This document shows, one piece after another, positions 49,351-61,700 of a stretch of 64,000 nucleotides of DNA. The stretch comes from Heterodontus francisci (lineage: Eukaryota): NCBI RefSeq assembly GCF_036365525.1, contig NC_090383.1, positions 13,397,126 through 13,461,125 of the forward strand, given 5' to 3'. Made by a program: the position numbers and the translations under genes. The stretch's first letter is position 1, and each line of letters begins with the position of its first letter. Below the pieces are notes generated by a model that was given only the letters and a program-made list of their open reading frames with translations, did no database searches and had not been told where the DNA came from.

Positions 49351-49520
49351 GGCAGCAAAGCGGAAAGTGCTGGGGTCACTCAGCAGGTCAGGCAGCATCT
49401 GTGGAGAGAGAAACAGAGTTAACTTTCAAGTCTGAGAACTTGGACAAGTTAACTCTGCTTCTCTCTCCACTGATGCTGCCTGACCTGCTGGATTTCTGCA
49501 GCACCTTCTGCTTTGCTGCC
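49351..49520. mobile_element. Penelope-type repeat as an inverted pair (hairpin)
   Basis: GGCAGCAAAGC...CAGAGTTAAC, a short loop, then GTTAACTCTG...GCTTTGCTGCC. Confidence 0.8.
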
Positions 49521-51003
49521 CGATTGACAGCAGTCGCACTCTTCAGCAGTCAGGTAAGTATTTCTTTGACAGCTGTCAGGAAGCAGATGCCGGGGTGCTT
49601 AAAATAGGCCGCGATTAATATCGCGGGGGCTCGGTGGCAGCCAGCGAATGCGGGCGCACACCGAGTTCAAAGGACAGATGGCGGCGCCCCAATAAAATTC
49701 AGCCCAGAGGGTGGGATTTCAATTCCTGTGCCCGATTTAAAGGGCAGCATCAGCCATTGCTGAGGCTGTCGTCCATCCACAAAATAGAGGCAATGGACAG
49801 GCAGGGCTCCTGTGCTACAAATGGGCAGTAGGTCCAGAAAATGCTCCAGAAGTTCTAACAGTAACAAAAGATTCCATTTATATAACACCTTTCATGTAGA
49901 GACACCTCCTAAACAGAGGCATCAGGAGACTTAAACACTAATCCAAAAGGAGAGATAAGGAAGAGTGGCCATAAAAAGGATCTGTACTTTAAATGTTAGC
50001 CTGTCCTTTCTTTTCTCATATGCTGTTAGACTTGCCAGCATTTTTCATGAGGGTTTTCCACTTTTATTTTGGGCTGTATTGGGTCCTCTCTCTCCAGTGT
50101 ACCTTGGCAATTTGATGCTGCTGTGAACTCTGCATCATTTCTGCTGCCAGCTCTGTGAGGACCATCTGACAGTCTTCTATCCTCATTGCTGTCTTTTTCT
50201 TCTGTCCTAGCATAGTTGATCACTCCCAGCTCTGTCACCACAAGCTGCTAACAAGCTCGTTAATGGCCTTAAATGGTCATTCCACAAGTTTGGGCGGGTT
50301 GCCTCTTCCACCTCCGTTCGTCATGTTGTAAAGTCTGAGTGTGCTGGTCTCGCATCAGCAAACCAGTACGCCAACCCCAGGTGTACGGGTTTCAGTAACT
50401 GCCCACCTCTGAACACGCCCTTTCCAGCAATCCAAAATCCCACTCACGGTCTCTTTCCTCATGCTAAATGAGCTACTTTTAAAAGAGGCAGAAATTAAGG
50501 CAGACTGATAGAAGTGAAGGAGAAAGACAAAAACAAAAGTAAATGACGAGAGCAAAAGGCAGAAGAGAAGGAGGATAGTGAAAGAAAGAAGTAAAGGAGG
50601 AGAGGTTTTCTTTCCAGACTGCACTATCAGCTTACTTATCCAAAGGGATGAGACAGACTGAGAGGTTTTTTTTGGAGCCCAAGGTTTTTTAAGGAGTCCA
50701 GTCTGAAAAACTTTGAGAACCACTGAATCACATAGTTTTGTTCAAATTTATTAACAAGAATGATAATTGTTTTGGGCAAGCCTTGAACAAAGGTATATGT
50801 GTGAGGGGCATGTATGTGGGCAGGGCAGGAAATGGGCAAGGCGTGTGTAGGGTGGACCTCTGGTCGTCCTAGCATCACTTTGTTGGTGGTTGTGACTATA
50901 GGGCCAAGTAGTGCACTGAGAGTTTACTTCTCGCATTGCATGGCCACGCCTTTGCTATTAGAGAGCACCTACTAGTCTTGATCCTGGGGAAGCTTTGAGT
51001 AAA

Positions 51004-52546
51004 ATGGCGATAACCAATCTTCGAGCTTCAGGCCAGGGAGTGCGCAACACCGTTTGGGTGGTCGTGAAGGACAAGGAAGGTGATGCACCGGTCGATCATA
51101 CCTTCTTCATCAAGAAAATTCTCTTCGATTGCTGCGGATTTCAAGCGATGGACGTCTTCTGCCTGCAGGATTTCCCCAGCAGTGGATACTTCGACGTGAC
51201 GTTCCGGAACGTGGCGGGATGCATCAAGTTCCTGAAGGCGTTCAAGGAGAAAGGATACTGGGCGCCACTGTCGATCCTCACAGCGGAGCCGCTCTTCACG
51301 CTTCCGTCACAACGGGACCGGGTGGTGACGATTCACCTCTACAACTCCCATGTTCCGGTGGTGGATGTACTCACCTTTCTTGCCAGGTACGTCGAGGTGG
51401 CCGGCAGCAGCACTGATGTCAAGGACCCCTTTGGGATTTGGACCAGCAAGCAGCAGGTCAAGGTGACCTTGAAGGTCGAACCCAGTGGAGCCATCATCCA
51501 CCCTCCCTCCAGCTTCGCTATCGGGGGAAATCGAGGCTTCTTGGTCTATGCTGGGCAGCCCAGAGTTTGCCGCACCTGTGGCAAATCTGGTCACGTGGTG
51601 GCCAACTGCAGCACGGTTGTTTGCAAGAACTGCAAGAAGGAAGGCCATCAGACCAAGGACTGTAAGCAGACTAAGTGTTGCAACTTGTGCGGTGCGGCAG
51701 GCCATCTCTACAAAATCTGCCCCAAACGCTGCCTCAGTTATGCTCAGGCGGCAAGGTCCAAGGAAAGGCCGGGAGAAGGTTCGATGAAGGCGTCCGGTGT
51801 TCGAAAGGAGACCAGCAAACTTCTCCGCAGTGAGGAACTTCAACCTGAGAAGGAGAAGGAAGGGGAGGCAGCTGAAACCAGCGACCCAGCACCTACCCTG
51901 CGCTCAGAAACCCCTCCTCCACAGACAGAATCAATGGAGGAGGAGGCAGCAGATGGACAAACAGGTAAGTGGCAAGTGGTCCAGAGGAAAACCACAAAGA
52001 AAAACATCCCAAAGTGGAACAGGCCACCACCCAAACCAGTGGCAAGAGGAGGCTATCTTCTGAATCAGACTGCAACAACTCCTCTTCACTGGACGTGGGA
52101 ATGCTGGAACGACAGCCCCTTCAAAAGAGGCGGCAGAACTCCAGGGAGATGGAAGATAAAGCATCCCAGCCCCCGGGCACTGGAAGCTGTGATGGGCCCA
52201 GCGTGCCCCAACCCCAAATCGCCGCACGTAACGACGTGGCCAACGCATCCCAGCTCCGGGACACCGAGAGCAAAGACGCGTCTGGTGCACCTCAGCTCCG
52301 GGAAGCCGGGAGCAGTGATGTTTTCGAGGAGGAACAGATGGAAGCAGCAGAGGATAACCCAATCTTTGCTGCCTACAAGACCCCCCCCCCCCGATGTCAC
52401 CCCAGCGGACGAACCCCTGCATGAAAAACCAGGCGGGGTTTCTGAGCCCAAATCTTGTGAAACAGCTTGCTCACATGATGGGTATGCAGGAACATCCCGA
52501 AGGACTGGGACTAGCAAGGACAAATGGTATGGGAAGCAACAACTAA
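51004..52546 (+). pseudogene. Tx1 ORF1 (RRM-like region, three CCHC zinc knuckles, low-complexity tail); frameshifted near 52010 and 52390
   Basis: CRTCGKSGHVVANC, CKNCKKEGHQTKDC, CNLCGAAGHLYKIC; FDVTF motif. Confidence 0.88.
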
Positions 52547-52556
52547 CTTTAAAAAA

Positions 52557-55500
52557 ATGGGTGTAAAGATTGCTTCCATTAATGTGCGTAGCATTAAGTC
52601 TACTACGCGATGTGTTTCAACCTTGGATTACCTCGCCGATGTTCCGATGAAGGGTCACTGACCTGAAACGTTAACTCTGCTTCTCTTTCCACAGATGCTG
52701 CCAGACCTGCTGAGTGGTTCCAGCATTTCTTGTTTTTATTTCAAAGCCGACCTACTGTTTCTGCAGGAGTGTGGAATACCACACCTCAGCACCTACAGGC
52801 AGTGGTTGCGATGGTGGTCCCACGGGCCATCGATCTGGTCGGGGGGTAATGATTGCCGTTCCTCCGGCCTGGGTATTCTGCTGCAGGGAGGTAACTTCAC
52901 CATCTCCGAAGTTAAGGAGGTGGTGGGCGGTCGCCTCCTCGTAGCAGACGTAATGTACAACAACGCTACACTCCGGTTGATCAACATGTATGCCCCGGTA
53001 CAACGCAGCGAATGGCTGACTGTCTTCCAGCAGCTCCCACTGCTGCTGGCGACGTGCAGGCCGGTCATCCTAGGCGGTGACTTCAACTGCATCATCGATG
53101 CGGCTGGACGATCCGGCAGTGACGACAGCAAACTGGACGCTACGTCCAGATTCCTAATAGAAACAGTTAAAGATGCCAAACTGCATGACGTCTTCAGCAA
53201 ACCTGCAGAGGGAGCGCAGCGCAGATACATATGGTCAAGATCGGACGGGTCTGCCGGTTCCAGGATTGACTTCCTGTTTGTGTCCCGTGCCGTCACAGTC
53301 GGATCCACTGACGTCAAGCCGGTGTTCTTCTCCGACCACTGCCTCTTACTGGCCAACTGTCACTTACAGGACGACCAGCAGGTTGGCAGAGGGACGTGGA
53401 AGCTCAATACTACATTGCTGACCCCAGAGAATGTTGAGGAACTCAAAAGGGATTACAAAGGTTGGAGGACCGTGAAACCCCTCTTTGAGTCTCCAGTTCA
53501 CTGGTGGGAAGCGATTAAGGAGAACATCAAGAGGTTCTTCATCCACAAAGGTGTTCAGAAGGCGAGAGAGAGACAGAGGGAAATGTCCCGACTCCAGAAA
53601 AGTATGCAAAATCTGCTCTGGTTGCAGTCAATGGGGGTCGAGGTCAAGGAGGACCTCCAAGAGGTGAAGAGCCAGCAGGCCTTGCTCTTTGCCACGGAGG
53701 CCTCCAAGATCATCTTCCGGTCCAGAGTCCGCTCCATCGAGCAGGATGAGACGTGCTCGCGTTACTTCTTCCAAAAGGTACACAGAGAGAGCTGTTATCA
53801 GCAGCCTGAAGGAAGAAGATGGCTCGGTAACGTCTTCGCAGTCCAACATACTAAGGATCAGCAAATCCTTTTATGCGGGGCTGTATGACGCGAAGCCCAC
53901 AGACAGCAGAGCCTCCCAGTCCTTCCTGTCATCTATCACAGAGGTCTTAGAGGACAGCAGGAGGGAGAGACTGGACAAGCCACTAACTCTGGAGGAGCTG
54001 ACAAAGGCCGTCGAGTCCTTCGAGACAAGTAAAACTCCCGGGAGCGACGGCTTACCGGTCGAGTTGTACTCGGCCCTGTGGGACTGGGTCGGCCCGGACC
54101 TGCTGGAGGTATACGAGAGTATGCTCCTGGCTGGCAGCATGTCAGAATCCATGAGGAAAGGCATCATCACCCTCATTTACAAGCAGAAGGGAGAGAGGGC
54201 AGAAATAAGAAATTGGCGGCCCATCTCACTGCTTAATGTTGACTACAAGATTCTGTCCAAAGTCATAGCCAGTCGAGTCAAATCTGCTCTGGAGTTGGTG
54301 ATTCACCCCGATCAGACCTACACTGTACTCGGCAGGAAGATCTCTGATAGTCTCTCGCCTATGTACGGGACAGGAGGGTGGACACCTGCCTCATCAGCCT
54401 GGACCAGGAGAAGGCTTTTGACAGGATATCGCACACCTACATGATGGACGTGCTTTCCAAAATGAGGTTTGGGGAGGGAATCTGCAATTGGATCCAACTG
54501 CTCTGCACAAACATCAGTAGCGCAGTCTCAATCAATGGGTGGGAATTGGAAAGTTTCCCGATCAAATCTGGAGTCAGACAGAGCTGTCCTCTCTCCCCGG
54601 TCTTGTTTGTTTGCTGTATTGAACCCTTTGCTGAGTCTATTAGGAAGGATGCGAGCATAGGAGGGGTGACAATCCCAGGCAGCGGAGGCACTCAGGTTAA
54701 AACCTCCCTGTACATGGATGACGTCGCCGTCTTCTGCTCGGATCCGCTGTCCATGCGCAGACTGATGAGCATCTGTGACCACTTCGAACTGGCCTCGGGA
54801 GCCAAAGTTAACCACGGCAAGAGCGAGGCCATGTTCTTTGGGAACTGGGCTGACCGATCCTTTGTGCCCTTCACCGTCAGGTCAGACTACCTGAAGGTGC
54901 TGGGGATATGGTGCGGAAGGGCTTGCACCAAAACCTGGGAGGAGCGAGTAACCAAGGTACAACAAAGGTTGAGCATGTGGGGGCAGCGATCTCTCTCTAT
55001 TGTGGGTAAGAACCTGGTCATCCGGTGCGAGGCGCTCACGTTGTTGCTGTACGTGGCGCAGGTCTGGCCATTTCCCGGTCTGGTCACCTGAGCCATTTTC
55101 CGCTTCATCTGGGGATCTAAAATGGACCGGGTCCGGAGGGACACGATGTTCAAACCTCTGGATAAGGGCGGGAAAAATGTACCCAATGTGGCGCTCATCC
55201 TGATGACCACCTTCGTGTGTGGCTGCATCAAGCTGTGTGTAGATCTCCAGTACGCAAACTCCAAGTGTCACTACGTGCTGAGGTTCTATCTGTCCCCGGT
55301 GTTGCAAAGGATGGGCTTGGTCACATTGCCGCGGAACACTCCATCCAGTTGGACCGTGCCGTACCACCTATCCTTTGTGGAGCAGTTTCTGCGGAAAAAC
55401 ACCTTTGACCACATGTCCATCAGGCAGTGGTCTGCACGGAATGTCCTCAAGGCCCTACGGGAAAAGGGGGATCCTGTCGGATGGTTCCCCGAGCAGACCG

Positions 55501-56018
55501 CCAAAGTCATTTGGCAGAATGCCTCATCACCAGAACTTTCAAACAAGCACCAAGATGTAGCTTGGCTGGTGGTGAGAAGGGCCCTCCCCGTCAGATCCTT
55601 CCTGCACGCCCGAAGTCTCGCCCCCTCTGCACAATGCCCTCAAGGTGGCTGTGGTGGGGAAGAGACGGTTTCCCACCTCCTCCTGGAATGTGTCTTTGCA
55701 AAGCAGGTGTGGAAAGAGATGCAGTGGTTTTTGTCGAGGTTAATGCCAAGCTGCTCTGTAACACAGGAGTCTGTGCTCTACGGGCTGTTCCCAGGGACGC
55801 ACACCGAGACAAACATCAACTGCTGCTGGAGGACTATCAATCCGGTGAAAGACGCCCTTTGGTCTGCCCGATACTTGCTAGTCTTCCAGCGCAAAGAGTT
55901 GTCCACGACCGAATGTTGCAGACTGGCACATTCCAAGGTCCAGGACTATGTGCTGAGGGACGCACTAAAGCTTGGGGCAGCCGCAGCAAAGGTTCAATGG
56001 GGAAAGATCACAGTGTAA
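52557..56018 (+). pseudogene. Tx1 ORF2 (APE endonuclease, RT, C-terminal zinc finger), disrupted
   Basis: MGVKIASINVRS, FLQE, GGDFN, SRIDF, FSDH, KTPGSDG, NWRPISLLNVDYK, LDQEKAFD, YMDD, CPQGGCGGEETVSHLLLEC; several frameshifts. Confidence 0.92.
52641..52742 (+). mobile_element. Penelope-type repeat with hammerhead-like motif inserted into Tx1 ORF2
   Basis: GTT-CCGATGA-AGGGTCactGACCT-GAAACGTT-AAC; interrupts LDYLA..KADLLFLQE. Confidence 0.8.
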
Positions 56019-57199
56019 GGTCCCCCCACCAAGCTGAACTGAGGGGCTGGATCCATGGGAAACCCCTCGAACTGTATCGGAGAAATTTTGTGTGCTGTAA
56101 ATGTAAAAATGTATATGGCATAACAATGAAATGGAAGGGTTGTGAGGCAACTCAAAATTGTATAGAAGGAAACTGATCACCTTTGCACTGTTTGTATTTT
56201 TTGACTTGATGCTGTTTTAAACTGTTTGGGAATGTAATTTTTACAGATTTTTATGAATAAAGTATATTTTGAAAATTGAAAAAAACCTACTAGTCTTTCC
56301 TACCTTGCGACTCCATCAATTCAGGGAGCTTTTTTCTCACTTGCTCCCATAAGTGATGTATTAAGACAGTATTTGCATATATTATCTGCCGTGTTTAGTG
56401 TACACTCGGACTATGGAGTTGGAGAAGCACCCCTGGCTCCAAATAAAGGTTTTCTTTTAAAAATAAACTTAGCTTTAGTTGGCGGACACTGGAAGTTGGA
56501 AGAATCCTGAGCGGGACAGGCCTGACACCTGCCCTGCTCATTGGTGACTAATTTTGCTGACTGCTACTTTAAAAGCCTTTATGGCCCTCAAAATAACATA
56601 TTTAAGAGACCTAATGCCTGAGTTAGCTGTCTACCCAGGATATCTAACAAAATATGGACACACAAATTTAGGAGATTGGGCACAGGCTTTCCGAATGGTA
56701 AATTATTTTGCTTTACACCCCTTTTACACCCCCAAAAAATGGGCAAGCCAATTTCTACCCCATTTCCACAGTAAACCTGAACATGTGACACCAGGCAAGA
56801 TGTGAAGACAGAAACAGAAAAAAAGTGAGAATTAAATAGCAGGAAATAAGAAACTAGAGAAACGATATATAATTTTACATGATACTAACTGCATCCATTC
56901 AAGTTCTGATTGTGGATTTAATAGTACCTCAAATTGCACGTGTTTCCATGACAACCCGACAGGTACCACGGCTTTCGCAATACATTTAGAGGTTAATGAA
57001 TAAAAGAAATTTCTCCATGCGCAATCATGCCAACAATTCAATAAAAAATGCAGTCAGGATAATGAGAAATTTTAGTTTTAGAAATAAAAGCAGAGAAGAA
57101 TATGTTGGAAAAAATGCAAATGCTGGGAAGCTGGAAGTAAAACAGAATATGCTGGTCAGTCAACATCTGAAAAGATAAGGCAACATGCCAGCTGCAAGT

Positions 57200-57640
57200 C
57201 TTCATATGCAAAATAGGAGGTGAGCAGCACCATACCAGATGAAACTTACAGAACATGGAGGATGAGAGGCTGGCCAGGGGAGCATTAGAATAGTCAATTC
57301 TGGATGCGTTTCAGCAGCTGATGGGGAGAGGCAGGGGTGGAGGTGGGCAATGGTACGGAAGAAGGGGGTCTTTGTTATTGAGAGGATACGGAGTCTGATG
57401 CACAGCTCAGTGTTGAATAGTTTGCTGAGGTTGCAGACTGTCTCGTTCAACCTGAGACAGTAGCTGGGGAGAGGAATGGAATCAATGTCAAGGGTTTGAA
57501 GTTTGTGGTGCTGGCTGAAGACAATGACTTCTGTCTTCCCGCTGTTTAACTGGAGGAAGCTGCGGCTAATCCAGGACAGCACAGAGGCAGTGAAGGGAAC
57601 AAAAGAGGTAGGGCTTGATGTGGTCAGTTTACTAATAGGA
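57200..57640 (-). mobile_element. L2-type ORF2 fragment
   Basis: SWISRSFLQLNSGKTEVIVF...CNL..LFNTEL. Confidence 0.75.
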
Positions 57641-57802
57641 GAATTCATCCATTTTGGCAAGGCTCCTAGGCAGCAGTAGGGCTGACCTGTTCAGTTCTAT
57701 TATGTAGGTGGTTTACCCAAAGTTCAGGGGACAACAGAAATCAACCAGGCTCCTACTGTGGTGCCATTAAATTTCCAGACTAAAGAGCATTTACTCTCTC
57801 AC

Positions 57803-59613
57803 TTTTTTTAAATTTCCAAAATATACTTTATTCATAAAAATCTGTAAAAAATACATTACCAAACAGTTTCAAACAGCACCAAGTCAAAAATTACAAACAG
57901 TGCAAAGGAGATCAGTTTCCTTCAATACAATCATGAGTTGCCTCACAACCCTTCCATTTCATTTGTCATGCCATACACATTTTTACATTTTACAGCACAC
58001 AAAAATTTCTCCGATACAGTTTGAGGGGTTTTCCATAGATCCAGCCCTTCCGTTCAGCTTCATGGGGGGACCTTACACAGTGGTCTTTCCCCATTGAGCC
58101 TTTGCTGCGGCTGCCCCAAGCTTTAGTGCGTCCCTCAGCACATAGTCCTGGACCTTGGAATGTGCCAGTCTGCAACATTCGGTCGTGGACAACTCTTTGC
58201 GCTGGAAGACTAGCAAGTTTTGGGCAGACCAAAGGGTGTCTTTCACCGAATTGATAGTCCTCCAGCAGCAGTTGATGTTTATCTCTGTGTGCGTCCCGTG
58301 GAACAGCCCATAAGGCACAGAGTCCTGTGTCACAGAGCTGTTTGGGATTAACCTCGACAAAAACCACTGCATCTCTTTCCACACCTGCTTTGCAAAGACA
58401 CATTCCAGAAGGAGGTGGGCAACCGTCTCTTCCCCACCACAGCCACCTTGAGGGCATTGTGCGAAGGGGGTGAGACTTCGGGCGTGCAGGAAGGATCTGA
58501 CGGGGAAGGCTCTTCTCACCACCAGCCAAGCTACGTCTTGGTGCTTGTTTGAAAGCTCTGGTGATGAGGCATTCCGCCAAATGACTTTGGCAGTCTGCTC
58601 GGGGAACCATCCGACAGGATCCACCGTCTCCTTTTCCCGTAGGACCTTGAGGACATTCCGTGCAGACCACTGCCTGATGGATCGGTGGTCAAAGGTGTTT
58701 TTCCGCAGAAACTGCTCCATGAAGGATAGCTGGTATGGCACGGTCCAACTGGATGGAGCGTTCCACGGCAATGTGACCAGGCCCATCCTTCGCAACACCA
58801 GGGACAGATAGAACCTCAGCACGTAGTGACGCTTGGAGTTTGCGTACTGGAGGTCTACACACAGCTTGATGCAGCCGCACACGAAGGTAGTCATCAGGAT
58901 GAAGGCAATGTTGGGTACATTTTTCCTGCCCTTATGCAGAAGTTTGAACATTGTGTCCCTCCGGACCCGATCCATTTTGGATCCCCAGATGAAGCGGAAA
59001 ATGGCTCGAGTGACTGCCACAGTGCAGGAGTGGGGTATGGGCCAGACCTGCACCACGTACAGCAACAACGTGAGCGCCTCGCACCAGATGACCAGGTTCT
59101 TACCCACAATGGAGAGAGATCGCTGCTCCCACATGCTCAGCTTATGTTGTACCCTGGCTACTCGCTCCTTCCAGGTTTTGGTGCACACCCTGGCCCTTCC
59201 GAACCATATCCCCAGCACCTTCAGGCAGTCTGACCTGACGGTGAAGGGGACAAAGGATTGGTCAGCCCAGTTCCCAAAGAACATGGCCTCGCTCTTGCCG
59301 TGGTTAACTTTGGCTCCCGAGGCCAGTTCGAACTGGTCGCAGATGCTCATCAGTCTACACAGGTTCGAGCAGAAGACGGCGACGTCATCCATGTACAGGG
59401 AGGTTTTAACCTGAGTGCCTCCACTGCCTGGGATTGTCACCCCTCTTTTGCTCGCATCCTTCCTAATAGACTCAGCAAAGGGTTCAATACAACAAACAAA
59501 CAAGACAGGGGAGAGAGGACAGCCCTGTCTGACTCCAGATTGGATCGGGAAACTTTCCGATTCCCACCCATTAATTGAGACTGCGCTATTGATGCTTGTG
59601 TAGAGCAGTTTGA
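57803..59613 (-). mobile_element. 5'-truncated Tx1-clade copy
   Basis: ORF 58073..59635 with GVRQGCPLSP, YMDD and the zinc finger; 3' UTR matches 56020-56284. Confidence 0.93.
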
Positions 59614-59874
59614 CTGTTTCATAAACAGCTGACAATGAGTCTGCATGAGAATACTAATAGGGTGCCTCTGCATTGGCTGCCAGACATTCATAGGGAAATC
59701 TTTAAGTAAACCATCCCCAGCGGCATCAGTCGTGCAAAACATCAGTGAATGCAAATCCTGGCCAGCTTAAGTAATGGGAGGCCAGAAACTGCAGTACAGA
59801 TTTTCAAGGATCTTATCATGAGTATCTGGTTGCACAGCTTTAAGTATTTAATGCATGGCTTAGATTCCTGGGAT

Positions 59875-59971
59875 AATAACAGAACATTCTGGAAATACTG
59901 AGCAGGTCAGGTGGCATCTGCGGAGAGAGTAGCAGAGTTAACGTTTCGGGTCTGTGACCTTTCACCAGAAC
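59875..59971 (-). mobile_element. Penelope-type repeat with hammerhead-like motif
   Basis: Minus strand GTT-CTGGTGA-AAGGTCacaGACCC-GAAACGTT-AAC; direct repeat AGATTCCTGGGAT at 59862-59874 and 59972-59984. Confidence 0.75.
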
Positions 59972-60020
59972 AGATTCCTGGGATCTGAGTTGCACAATAT
60001 CTGCAAAATCAAGACTTCTA

Positions 60021-60383
60021 TTTAGTTTAGTTTGTTTAGTTTAGAGATACAGCACTGAAACAGGCCCTTCGGCCCACCGAGTCTGTGCCGACCATCAACC
60101 ACCCATTTATACTAATCCTACACTAATCCCGTATTCCTATCACATCCCCACCTGTCCCTGTATATTTCCCTACCACCTACCTATACTAGGGTCAATTTAT
60201 AATGGCCAATTAACCTATCAACCTGCAAGTCTTTGGCATGTGGGAGGAAACCGGAGCACCCGGAGGAAACCCACGCAGACACAGGGAGAACTTGCAAACT
60301 CCGCACAGGCAGTACCCAGAATCGAACCCGGGTCCCTGGAGCTGTGAGGCTGCAGTGCTAACCACTGCGCCACTGTGCCGCCC
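60021..60383 (-). mobile_element. Full-length HE1 SINE (V-SINE)
   Basis: tRNA-like head TGGCGCAGTGG and GGTTCGATTC; V-domain GTCTGCGTGGGTTTCCTCCGGGTGCTCCGGTTTCCTCCCACA; CR1-type tail and (CTAAA)n. Confidence 0.92.
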
Positions 60384-60922
60384 ATCCGGTGTTTGGTCTC
60401 CAAATCCCATTATTTTCTATAAAGAAACTTTACTTTGATTATATCACACTGACTACAAAATATAAATAAATTCAGATAATTGTATTCATGAGAAACATTT
60501 TGCAAACATCTCAGCATAAATTGAAAGTGATGAAGTCATTGTCAATCGTGTTAATGCTTCACGGTTCAAAAGTTAACTAGCAATTCTTTTTAATGTGATG
60601 CAGTAATATCGTAGACAAGGACATAACAGATTGAAGAATGTACTCTACCCTTAATCCAGTGAAGGTGTTGTCACGGCAAACAATATGCAAACTTTAAGAA
60701 CAATGTAAAAATCGAACCATCAAGTACAACATCAGATTTGAAGAGTGGGTAGAGCTGGCATTCAATAAAGAATGATGTTTGACGGATCAATGACATAGGG
60801 AGAGGAAGGGGAAATGCTAGGATTAAACTCAGTCATATCCTAATCTGCAAGATTGGTGGGAGGATCCCAATCATATTTTTTAAATCATCGGAGTATTTAT
60901 GGAAGTTGACAACAGAATCATT

Positions 60923-61700
60923 GGGCTGGATTTTATGGGCCCACCGCAGATCTCATGCCAAAGAGCCTCCGTAATCTTATGCATGGCAGCACATTTAAAT
61001 TGTCGGGGCAGAGCACCCCCCCCCGCACCACCACCGCACCCCCCCCTCACCCCAATCACGTGGAGGGCAGAGGTTGTCCTTCCTAGCAATGGCGTCAGCT
61101 GCCTGTGTGCAGGCACTAGCGCCATTTTTAAAGGGCTGGCAACCCTGCCGGCTTATTTAAATATTTAAAGCAATATACACTAAAATTAAGTAAATACACT
61201 TCTTTTGCCCCTCCCCCCAAATAACAATTACATTAACTATTTGCCTTTTCCTGCCAAAACACTTACCTTTTATATCTGACCTTCCCCCCTCCCCAGACTG
61301 CACAAAGTTTAAAGTTCAGCCCTTCCCACCATTCCCTGCACCCATTACGTGTATTTGACCCCATTTCCCACCCCTCCTGCACTGATAAACTTACCTCCTC
61401 CCCCCCTCACACCAGTATCGCGCCTCATTTCCCTGGACAGGGATCTGAAGGTGCGGGAGTGCTGGGCCCTCAAGATCTAAGGTAAGTATATGTAAATTAA
61501 TTAATTTAATTAATTTGAATATGCAAATTGTGGTCCCGTCACCCAGTGGCAGGGGGGCCGCCATGGAGCCTCACCGCCGTCGGGAGGATTGAACCGGTCC
61601 CTGCCAGTGTCGAGGACTGTGGCGGGCCTCATCCAGAGCCATCTTCAGGCCCCGCCCCCGCCCCACATCACGATTTTGAGGACTTCTTAAACTCCAGCCT
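60923..61700. mobile_element. PIF/Harbinger-type MITE
   Basis: Termini GGGCTGGATTTTA and TTAAACTCCAGCCT; 3-bp TSD ATT. Confidence 0.85.

Larger units (their letters stand above)
46757..49705 (+). mobile_element. PIF/Harbinger transposon with decayed transposase
   Basis: TIRs GGGTTGAATTTTAT and ATAAAATTCAGCCC; 3-bp TSD AGA at 46754-46756 and 49706-49708. Confidence 0.85.
50980..56284 (+). mobile_element. Near full-length Tx1-clade non-LTR retrotransposon
   Basis: ORF1 plus ORF2, AATAAA and A-rich end; 13-bp TSD ACCTACTAGTCTT at 50967-50979 and 56285-56297. Confidence 0.93.

Noticed and set aside
50700-50725. hAT element (AAACTTTGAGAACCACTG terminus)
   Set aside because: Only one end found; no partner TIR or TSD.
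50995-52566. 523-aa ORF as a host zinc-knuckle gene (ZCCHC3-like)
   Set aside because: It lies inside a TSD-bounded Tx1 element directly upstream of APE-RT, and its C-terminal third is frameshift read-through.
60300-60383. tRNA gene
   Set aside because: It is the tRNA-derived head of an HE1 SINE, followed by the V-domain and CR1-type tail.
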